Assembly: GCF_009557235.1 (NCBI RefSeq)
Contig: NZ_CP045650.1
Coordinates: 2,700,001-2,732,000, forward strand
From: Acinetobacter wanghuae
Lineage (GTDB): Bacteria; Pseudomonadota; Gammaproteobacteria; Pseudomonadales; Moraxellaceae
Direction: 5' to 3'
DNA length: 32,000 nt
Made by a program: the position numbers and the translations under genes. How positions within the stretch are numbered: the first letter of the stretch is position 1; every line of letters starts with the position of its first letter. Positions 10,016 to 17,448 of this stretch are shown here, one piece after another. The notes beneath the pieces are model-generated. The model ran no database searches, was not told where the DNA came from, and saw only the letters and a list, made by a program, of their open reading frames with translations.

Positions 10016-10483
10016 ATGATTTACATCATGTTATTCGTGGTTATATTGGCGGGTGCAGCATTGTGCGCACAATCCTCTATTAATGGACGCTTAGGCTCAG
10101 AAGTTGGTGTGTTAGAAAGTGCATGGTTAACTTTTGTGGTGGGTGCAATGATCAGTTTCTTAATCGCTTTCTTTTTTGAACCTGTTCATGCACTTAATCT
10201 CTTTACTGCACCAAGATGGCAATTAACAGGGGCTTTTTTTGGTGTGGCATATATGCTGGTGATTGTATTTGCGATGCCAAGACTCGGAGCTGCAGCAACT
10301 ACTGTGGCTGTCATTAGCGGACAACTCTTAATGAGTCTTCTAATTGATCACTTTGGATGGTTTCAAAATGCGGTCATCCCTCTAGATAGTTCAAGACTTG
10401 CTGCGCTGATACTGCTCGCTATTGCGCTCTTCTTTATCTATAAAAGTAATGTTCAAGCGCATACAGAATCTGAACCGCATTAG
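10016..10483 (+). CDS. DMT-superfamily half-size transporter (DUF606/YdcZ-like), subunit 2
   Basis: 155-aa polytopic membrane protein, AGAGGA SD, 12 nt after subunit 1. Motifs PRWQLTG and LLIDHFG. Confidence 0.7.
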   Translation: MIYIMLFVVILAGAALCAQSSINGRLGSEVGVLESAWLTFVVGAMISFLIAFFFEPVHALNLFTAPRWQLTGAFFGVAYMLVIVFAMPRLGAAATTVAVISGQLLMSLLIDHFGWFQNAVIPLDSSRLAALILLAIALFFIYKSNVQAHTESEPH

Positions 10484-10506
10484 ACTTGCACAAATCATTT
10501 GAGCAA

Positions 10507-10537
10507 TAAAAAAGGACGCTTATGCGTCCTTTTTTTA
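10507..10537. terminator. bidirectional rho-independent terminator
   Basis: AGGACGC-TTAT-GCGTCCT stem-loop flanked by an A-run and a T-run. It lies between the convergent DUF606 and dnaJ genes. Confidence 0.8.
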
Positions 10538-10548
10538 CATCGCTAAAA

Positions 10549-11673
10549 TCAGTCAAATAGACGATCAAAGAATGATTTTTTCTTTGGAGAAGACTTACCG
10601 CCTTCTTCCCCTTCAAATGATGCTTGAAGTTCTTTTAAAAGTTCACGTTGGCGTGCAGACAAATGTACAGGTGTCTCCACCACAATACGGCAAAGTAAAT
10701 CACCCTGCATACTGGTACGTACAGGTTTTACGCCCTTACCACGTAAGCGGAATAATTTACCTGTCTGTGTGCCTTCAGGTACTTTCAAGCTCACACGACC
10801 TTCTAAAGTCGGGATCTCAATTTCTTTACCTAAAGCTGCATCCGCAATCGATACAGGAACATCCATATACAAATCAGCGCCATCACGTTGGAAAATCTCA
10901 TGCTCACGCACTTGAACTTCAACGTATAAATCACCTGATTGACCATCACGAATCGCTTCACCTTTACCAGTTAAACGTACGCGATCGCCATTGTCTACGC
11001 CTGCAGGAATAGTCACTTCCAAGGTTTGTTGACGGTCAGAAACACCAGAGCCATGACATGATTTACATGGGTTCTTAATGATTTTACCTTGACCACGACA
11101 GGTGCTACAGGTTTGCTGAACAGAGAAGAAACCTTGTTGCATGCGTACTTGACCCGCACCATGACAGGTCTTACACGTTTCAACATCATTTGGTTTTTCT
11201 GAGCCCTTACCACCACATGGTTCACATGGTACAGGTGCAGTAAAGGTAATGGTTTTTTTCACACCCTTTACGGCTTCTTCAAGGGTGAGTTCCATCACAT
11301 AACGTAAGTCAGACCCACGGCGCGCACGTTGTTGCTGACGACCACCGCCACCACCGAATGCACCACCGAAAATATCACCAAACTGGCTGAAGATATCTTC
11401 TGCATTGAAACCACCACCGAAGCCACCGCCTCCGCCGCCCATACCGCCTTCAAAGGCTTGATGGCCCATACGGTCGTACATGCTGCGTTTTTCACCATCA
11501 GAAAGCACTTCATAGGCTTCTGCGGCTTCTTTAAATTTATCTTCGGCTTCTGGGTTGTCTGGGTTTCGATCTGGATGATATTTCATCGCCAACTTACGGT
11601 AGGCTTTTTTAATTTCATCATCACTAGCGGTTTTAGCGACACCCAAAACCTCATAATAATCACGTTTAGCCAT
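10549..11673 (-). CDS. dnaJ: molecular chaperone DnaJ
   Basis: J-domain with HPD, a Gly/Phe-rich linker and four CxxCxGxG zinc-finger repeats ([32 protein letters not shown]). GAGGAG SD. Confidence 0.95.
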   Translation of the reverse strand: MAKRDYYEVLGVAKTASDDEIKKAYRKLAMKYHPDRNPDNPEAEDKFKEAAEAYEVLSDGEKRSMYDRMGHQAFEGGMGGGGGGFGGGFNAEDIFSQFGDIFGGAFGGGGGRQQQRARRGSDLRYVMELTLEEAVKGVKKTITFTAPVPCEPCGGKGSEKPNDVETCKTCHGAGQVRMQQGFFSVQQTCSTCRGQGKIIKNPCKSCHGSGVSDRQQTLEVTIPAGVDNGDRVRLTGKGEAIRDGQSGDLYVEVQVREHEIFQRDGADLYMDVPVSIADAALGKEIEIPTLEGRVSLKVPEGTQTGKLFRLRGKGVKPVRTSMQGDLLCRIVVETPVHLSARQRELLKELQASFEGEEGGKSSPKKKSFFDRLFD

Positions 11674-11724
11674 GTCTGGCGATGCTCCTCACGGAATTTT
11701 ATTTAATATTCAACTGTGGTCTGA

Positions 11725-11754
11725 AATTGGGGTCAAACCAAGTTTTACAAGGGG
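11725..11754 (-). promoter_or_regulatory. sigma-32 (heat-shock) type promoter for dnaJ
   Basis: The minus strand reads CCCCTTGTAA-N12-CCCCAATT, against the E. coli-type consensus CCCTTGAA-N13-15-CCCCATnT. It lies about 50-60 nt upstream of the dnaJ ATG. Confidence 0.5.
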
Positions 11755-11777
11755 AACTTTGAAAAAAATTTGATCTT

Positions 11778-12155
11778 TTAAAAGACCGCTTTATTTTGGA
11801 AGAATTTTTGAATGCCTTTGATCCACGCATTCAGTAAAAATATGAAGGCCACACAGCTAAAAATGACACCAATGACGGTGCATGCTTTCACCCAAAGTTG
11901 GCTGTCCCATGCGAGGAAAAAGAGCGGAATAAACCAGAGTGCTGCAAAAATAGCCAACATGCTATAAATCACGATGTTACGCATAATCCATAAGGCTTGG
12001 GCTTGTAACCACACTTCTGCATAGTCAACTTGCGTGACTTTACGCGCAAACCAGTAGGCAAATACACCACTTAATAAAGTAAAAAGTGCTAAAAACATAA
12101 AGACATAAGCCACTGCTACAGAACGTCGCATTTTGGTTAGGGTGTCTTTAGTCAT
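11778..12155 (-). CDS. hypothetical small integral membrane protein (126 aa)
   Basis: The ORF extends to 12269. The ATG at 12155 (MTKDTLTKMRR...) precedes three or four hydrophobic helices. I recognise no family. Confidence 0.55.
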   Translation of the reverse strand: MTKDTLTKMRRSVAVAYVFMFLALFTLLSGVFAYWFARKVTQVDYAEVWLQAQALWIMRNIVIYSMLAIFAALWFIPLFFLAWDSQLWVKACTVIGVIFSCVAFIFLLNAWIKGIQKFFQNKAVF

Positions 12156-12228
12156 GTCCGTATCAACCTCGTTGTCTGATGTGGAGACTATTCCAACATA
12201 GCAACTTCGTGTTTTTAAAATTGTAAAT

Positions 12229-12276
12229 ATATCAGGCACTACTATATTGAATTTTTCAATATTTCGCACCTGATAT
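12229..12276 (-). terminator. compound AT-rich hairpin downstream of the RND permease gene
   Basis: Outer arms ATATCAGG/CCTGATAT and inner arms ATATTGAA/TTCAATAT with a 3-nt loop. On the minus strand a U-rich tract (AUUUACAAUUUUAAAAA) follows. It starts 13 nt after the RND stop. Confidence 0.3.
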
Positions 12277-12289
12277 TATGACAGTTTTA

Positions 12290-15200
12290 TCACGGATTGG
12301 CGTTTTTTTTCACTTTAAACCACTGCGCATACAATGCAGGTAGGAAAAATAACGTTAATAGTGTCGCAATAATCAATCCACCCATAATCGCGACCGCCAT
12401 TGGACCGAAGAAAATACTGCGTGACAGTGGAATCATGGCAAGTACCGCAGCCAAAGCGGTCAGTACAATTGGACGGCAACGGCGCATCGTGGCATTCAAA
12501 ATGGCATCCCACGTATTTTCCCCTGCCAAAATATCTTGCTCAATCTGATCAATTAAAATGAGTGAATTACGCATGATCATGCCAGAGAGTGCAATCGTCC
12601 CGAGCATTGCCACAAAGCCGAAGGGTTTATTGAACAATAACAAGAATAAGACCACACCAATAATGCCAAGTGGCGCAGTTAAAAACACAATAAATGCGCG
12701 CGAGATACTTTTAAGCTGAATCATCAGCAAAGTCATGACGACAGCCAAAAATAATGGCATTCCAGCATTGACTGAATTTTGTCCTCGTGCGGATTCTTCA
12801 ACCGTACCGCCCACCTCAAGCAAATAGCCACTTGGTAATTGCGCACGTAATTGATCTAGTTCATCCGTTAATTGATTCACAATAGTTGCCGGTTGCAAGT
12901 CGCTCCGAATATCCGCACGAACGGTAATCGTCGGCAAACGATTACGATGCCAAATTAAACCTTCTTCAAAGCTGTATTCAATTTTGGCAATTTGCGCGAG
13001 AGATACAGACGTCCCTTGTGATGTCGGTACTGCTAAGCTGCTGAGTGATCCTACATCTACCCGTTCTGCCTGATCACCGCGTAAACGGATTTCAATCAGC
13101 TCACGCTTTTCGCGATATTGATCAATCGCAGCACCCGCAATCGAGCTATTTAGGAAATTGGCTAAATCACGACTCGTCACACCTAATAAGCGGGCACGAT
13201 CTTGGTCAATATCGAGTTTAATCACTTTGCTTGGCTCACCCCAATCCAAATGTACATTGGTGGTATTCGGGTTATCCATCACTTTTGCGGACACTTTGTG
13301 TGCCCATTCACGAACTAAATTCAGATCTTCACCTGAGACACGGAATTGCAGCGGATATCCCACAGGTGGACCATTTTCGAGTAAAGACACACGGGTACGC
13401 ACTTCAGGCAACAGCAGTCGAATTTTATTACTTAAATTTTCGCGAATCTCATTACGATCATCGAGCGAGGATGCCAGTACCACGAACTGCGCAAAACTGT
13501 TTTGTGGTAATTGTTGATCGAGCGGTAAATAGAAACGCGGTGAACCTGTACCCACATAAGCCACATAATTATCAATGCCTTCTTGCGTCGATAAGAAGGC
13601 TTCAACTTTTTTCACCGCAGCTTCGGTGGCTTTGAGCGATGCACCCTCTTCCAACTTTAAATCGACTAGAATTTCTGCCCGATTCGAAGGTGGGAAAAAT
13701 TGCTGTGGCACCAATTTAAACATCAGAATTGAGAGGACAAATATACCGACTGTCGCTGCAATCACGGTTTTACGGTAGGTAACACAGACATCGACCCAAT
13801 GGCGAAAACCTTGGTAAAAACGGGTTTGGTATGGGTCGTGATGTTCACCTGCGTGATGCACAATCGGTGATGGTTCAGGTTGCTTGCGTAAACGTGCCCA
13901 AAGCCGTTGGTACCATTTGGCTTTCTCAATATGATCTTGATTAAAATCAGGTAATAACTTGTCACCCAAATACGGTACAAAGATGACTGCTGCAATCCAA
14001 GAGACCAGTAAAGCAATGGTGACCACTTGGAAAATGGAACGTGTATATTCACCTGTACTTGAAGCCGCTGTCGCAATCGGTAAAAAACCTGCTGCGGTAA
14101 TCAAGGTTCCGGTCAACATCGGAAAAGCAGTGGTTCGCCATGCATGCCCTGCCGCTTGTAATCGACTAAAGCCTTCTTCCATTTTAATGGCCATCATTTC
14201 AATGGCAATAATCGCATCATCGACCAACAGTCCAAGCGCTAAAATCAGCGCGCCTAAGGAAATTTTATGCAGTCCGACATCAAACAGATTCATGCCGGCA
14301 AAGGTCATCGCTAAGACCAATGGAATTGAAAATGCGACGACCAAACCTGTACGAAAACCCAGTGAGAAGAAGCTGACCAATAAAACAATAATCACCGCTT
14401 CTGCAAGCACCTTCATAAATTCATTAATCGAACGTTTGACGGCAACAGGTTGGTCGGAAACTTTTTGCAGTTCCATACCCAATGGCAAAGATTTTTGTAA
14501 GGTCGAAAATTCATGTTCTAAATTTTTACCGAGCGCAATAATGTCGCCATTTTTACGCATGGAAACGGCAATCCCGATACCATTCTCTCCCATAAAACGC
14601 ATACGCGGTTGGGCCGGATCGGTAAAGCCACGATAGACTTCAGCCACATCCCCCAATTGAATGGTTTTACCATTCACGTTCAGGGGCATTTTTTGCAGTT
14701 CTTCAACATTGTTTAACGCACCACTGACCCGAACTTGAATACGATCAGATGCTGTTTCAAAGTAGCCTGCATCGCTCATGGCATTTTGTTGCTGTAAGGC
14801 TTGCTGAATGACTGTAATTGGTACGCCAAGTTGACTGGCTTTGGTGTTTGAAATTTCAATCCAAATTTTTTGATCTTGTAAACCGATCAGATCAACTTTT
14901 GCCACGTCTTTGACACGTTGTAATTGTAGCTGTAATCGGTCGGCATATTCTTTTAAGGTGGCATAGTCAAAATCATTGTCTTTTAAGACATAGATATTGC
15001 CAAAGGTGTCGCCAAATTCATCGTTAAAGAAAGGTCCTTGCACCCCTTGCGGTAACTCATGCCGAATATCATTGACCTTCTTACGGACGGTATACCAAAC
15101 ATCGGCAACATCTTTAGAGCGCAAAGAATCTTTGGCAATAAAGGTCACCATAGATTCACCCGGACGCGAATACGCCATGATGCGTTCATACTGACCCGTG

Positions 15201-15424
15201 GTCATCAATTCTTTTTCAATACGATCGGTAACTTGTAGCGAAACCTCTTTGGCACTTGCTCCCGGCCAATAGCTTTGAATCACCATCACTTTAAAAGTAA
15301 AGGGTGGATCTTCACTTTGGGCCAATTTGGAATAAGAAAATACACCGACAATGCCGAGCAAAATCATAAAATAAAGCACAAGCCCTTTATTTTTCAGCGC
15401 CCATTCAGACAGGTTAAAGTTCAT
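12290..15424 (-). CDS. RND efflux transporter permease subunit (AcrB/HAE-type)
   Basis: 1044 aa with the 12-TM, two-large-periplasmic-loop architecture of AcrB-family pumps. The start lies 2 nt after the adaptor stop, suggesting translational coupling. Confidence 0.9.
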   Translation of the reverse strand: MNFNLSEWALKNKGLVLYFMILLGIVGVFSYSKLAQSEDPPFTFKVMVIQSYWPGASAKEVSLQVTDRIEKELMTTGQYERIMAYSRPGESMVTFIAKDSLRSKDVADVWYTVRKKVNDIRHELPQGVQGPFFNDEFGDTFGNIYVLKDNDFDYATLKEYADRLQLQLQRVKDVAKVDLIGLQDQKIWIEISNTKASQLGVPITVIQQALQQQNAMSDAGYFETASDRIQVRVSGALNNVEELQKMPLNVNGKTIQLGDVAEVYRGFTDPAQPRMRFMGENGIGIAVSMRKNGDIIALGKNLEHEFSTLQKSLPLGMELQKVSDQPVAVKRSINEFMKVLAEAVIIVLLVSFFSLGFRTGLVVAFSIPLVLAMTFAGMNLFDVGLHKISLGALILALGLLVDDAIIAIEMMAIKMEEGFSRLQAAGHAWRTTAFPMLTGTLITAAGFLPIATAASSTGEYTRSIFQVVTIALLVSWIAAVIFVPYLGDKLLPDFNQDHIEKAKWYQRLWARLRKQPEPSPIVHHAGEHHDPYQTRFYQGFRHWVDVCVTYRKTVIAATVGIFVLSILMFKLVPQQFFPPSNRAEILVDLKLEEGASLKATEAAVKKVEAFLSTQEGIDNYVAYVGTGSPRFYLPLDQQLPQNSFAQFVVLASSLDDRNEIRENLSNKIRLLLPEVRTRVSLLENGPPVGYPLQFRVSGEDLNLVREWAHKVSAKVMDNPNTTNVHLDWGEPSKVIKLDIDQDRARLLGVTSRDLANFLNSSIAGAAIDQYREKRELIEIRLRGDQAERVDVGSLSSLAVPTSQGTSVSLAQIAKIEYSFEEGLIWHRNRLPTITVRADIRSDLQPATIVNQLTDELDQLRAQLPSGYLLEVGGTVEESARGQNSVNAGMPLFLAVVMTLLMIQLKSISRAFIVFLTAPLGIIGVVLFLLLFNKPFGFVAMLGTIALSGMIMRNSLILIDQIEQDILAGENTWDAILNATMRRCRPIVLTALAAVLAMIPLSRSIFFGPMAVAIMGGLIIATLLTLFFLPALYAQWFKVKKNANP

Positions 15425-15426
15425 AT

Positions 15427-16530
15427 TTAACCTCCTGCCTGAATTTTCACATCACGATTGTCCCGATCGATCGGACGAATTTTCTGTTGATCACGCAATA
15501 AATGCACACCGCTAATCACGACATAATCATTGGCATTTAAACCACTTAACACCGGCACACGATCACGTCCATAGGCCCCTAAAGTCACTGGTACTTTACG
15601 CACAGTCTGATCAGGCTTAACCACCATGACATAAGCAGTTTTATCTTGGGCAGATACGCTAGAAAGTGGCACACTCAACATGTTGTTATCTGTGGTGACA
15701 AAGAAAACCCGCGCACTTTGCCCCAATTGAATCATGCTCTGCCCTTCACGTAATGCCACTTTGACACTAAAGGTGCGAGATTGATCCGCAGCCGGTGAAA
15801 TTTCACGAACATAACCTGCAAATTTATCCTCAGGCTTTGACCAAAGCGTAATCCATGCCGCTTGCCCAACTTTAATATCGGCAATGGCTTGTTCAGGTAC
15901 ACCAATGACGACTTCACGTTCACCCGAAATTGCAACTTCATATGCCGCTTGACCTGCAGCAACCACCTGCCCGACTTCAATATTGCGTGCAGTAATGACA
16001 CCATTTTTATTGGCAATGAGTTGGTTATAACCCGTTTGATTACGGCTGACTTCATAATTCGATTGTGCTTGTTTTAAGGTCGCCATTGCAGCTTTATATT
16101 GATTTTCTACAGCATCATATTGAGAGCGACTTACTGCATTCAATGGTAATAATTGCTTAAAACGATTCATCTCATCTTCTGCGATTTTTGCTGCTGAACG
16201 TGCACTTTCGAGTTGCGCACTACTGGCATTCATCTGCAATTGAGCATCTTTCACATCTAAGGTCGCAAGCACTTGCCCGACTTTAACTTGGTCACCGACA
16301 TCGACAAAACGTTGGGTAATTTGTCCTGTCACACGAAAAGATAAAACGGTTTTTTGCCGTGCTTGAACATCACCAGCATAACTTTTTTGTTCTGTATGTG
16401 AGCTTAAAGGTTTACTCACCATCACAAATGGAACTTCCTGTTCGGCTGAGGCTTTATCCTTGCTGCATCCCCACAAGGTCACACTGCAAACAATAATCAT
16501 GCTGGTCAATGCCTGATGAATCGTGCTCAT
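15427..16530 (-). CDS. RND efflux periplasmic adaptor (membrane fusion protein), lipoprotein
   Basis: Signal peptide with lipobox LWGCS. Coiled-coil hairpin and beta-barrel segments typical of the HlyD/AcrA family. Confidence 0.85.
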   Translation of the reverse strand: MSTIHQALTSMIIVCSVTLWGCSKDKASAEQEVPFVMVSKPLSSHTEQKSYAGDVQARQKTVLSFRVTGQITQRFVDVGDQVKVGQVLATLDVKDAQLQMNASSAQLESARSAAKIAEDEMNRFKQLLPLNAVSRSQYDAVENQYKAAMATLKQAQSNYEVSRNQTGYNQLIANKNGVITARNIEVGQVVAAGQAAYEVAISGEREVVIGVPEQAIADIKVGQAAWITLWSKPEDKFAGYVREISPAADQSRTFSVKVALREGQSMIQLGQSARVFFVTTDNNMLSVPLSSVSAQDKTAYVMVVKPDQTVRKVPVTLGAYGRDRVPVLSGLNANDYVVISGVHLLRDQQKIRPIDRDNRDVKIQAGG

Positions 16531-16597
16531 ATGTTGCTCTTATCTCATTATTTTTTGGTGTAGGCTGTATTTACGGTATATTGAATTGATTATTTTT

Positions 16598-16627
16598 TAA
16601 TTAATATACTCATGGGTACATTAATTA
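16598..16627. promoter_or_regulatory. 30-bp imperfect palindrome, candidate TetR operator
   Basis: TAATTAATATACTCA|TGGGTACATTAATTA, with 13 of 15 positions symmetric. It overlaps a candidate + strand promoter (TTGAAT 16581-16586, N18, TATACT 16605-16610). It also overlaps a candidate - strand promoter (TTGTAA, complement of 16625-16630, N16, TATATT, complement of 16603-16608). Confidence 0.5.
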
Positions 16628-16665
16628 CAACAGCGCGGTCAAAGCAATGACCATATTGATTATTT

Positions 16666-17301
16666 TTGGAAAAAATTGTGCAAGTAAATGTCGGTCGTCC
16701 CAAAGACTTAGAAAAAAAACAAAGCATTCTTGATGCGGCAAAACACTTATTTTTGATGCATGGCTATCATGGTTCGAGCATGAACCAAATTGCCAAAGCA
16801 GCTGGTGTCACTAAACTGACCATTTATAATCACTTTCAAGATAAAGCCACGTTATTTACCTATGCTGTTGAAAATACATGTGAAAGCATTATTCAGGCCA
16901 TGCCCATTGTTTTGAATGGTCAAAGTGATTTTCGTGCGTCTTTATATGAAGCTTGTGCTTTGTCTATGAATATCGTGAATTTGCCTGAAGCAATTAAACT
17001 CGATTTACTCTTGATGGAACTCGCATCTCAGCAAAGCCCATTGGCAGAACAATTTTATAATGCATCTCATGTCAAATTAGACGCGATGTGGAATCAGTTT
17101 TTTCAAAACGCGCAGCAACATCAATTTATCCAATCCGCAGATCCGCAACGGCAAACTGAACTGATTACATCTTTATTGTTTGGTACGCGTCATCAAAAAA
17201 TTCTCTTGGGTTTAATCGCGCCCCCAACCCCACAAGAGCAACAGCAGATTATTGAATCAGCCATCGAGATTTTTTTATTGAAATACGTGAATAGAACTTA
17301 A
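16666..17301 (+). CDS. TetR/AcrR family transcriptional regulator
   Basis: TetR HTH MNQIAKAAGVTKLTIYNHF. Divergent from the RND operon. The frame opens with TTG at 16666, GTG at 16678 is an alternative, and no strong SD supports either. Confidence 0.85.
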   Translation: MEKIVQVNVGRPKDLEKKQSILDAAKHLFLMHGYHGSSMNQIAKAAGVTKLTIYNHFQDKATLFTYAVENTCESIIQAMPIVLNGQSDFRASLYEACALSMNIVNLPEAIKLDLLLMELASQQSPLAEQFYNASHVKLDAMWNQFFQNAQQHQFIQSADPQRQTELITSLLFGTRHQKILLGLIAPPTPQEQQQIIESAIEIFLLKYVNRT

Positions 17302-17391
17302 TCGGTTTTATTTTTAGGCAAATTTCGTCTTTGTGGCAAAGGAATTGCTATTTTATCGTCAATGCGTGTCCGACTTTTGTCTGTAAAAGAC

Positions 17392-17419
17392 TTGGAATGT
17401 CACACAGTCGCGGTATAGT
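17392..17419 (+). promoter_or_regulatory. candidate sigma-70 promoter for ppc
   Basis: TTGGAA-N16-TATAGT, with the -10 about 30 nt upstream of the ppc ATG (GAGGG SD). Confidence 0.3.
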
Positions 17420-17448
17420 CAAAACAAGATCCACCAGAGGGAATAACA

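Noticed and set aside
11329-11706. 125-aa + strand ORF and apparent CCACCG-type tandem repeats (about 11335-11450)
   Set aside because: It lies antisense to dnaJ. The repeats are simply the coding sequence of the Gly/Phe-rich DnaJ linker, not a repeat element or CRISPR-like array.
13959-14636. 225-aa ORF on the + strand inside the RND permease gene
   Set aside because: It is antisense to a strongly supported 1044-aa RND CDS. The translation is low-complexity (Ala/Ser/Lys/Ile-rich), has no SD or recognisable domain, and is typical of a shadow ORF opposite TM-rich coding sequence.
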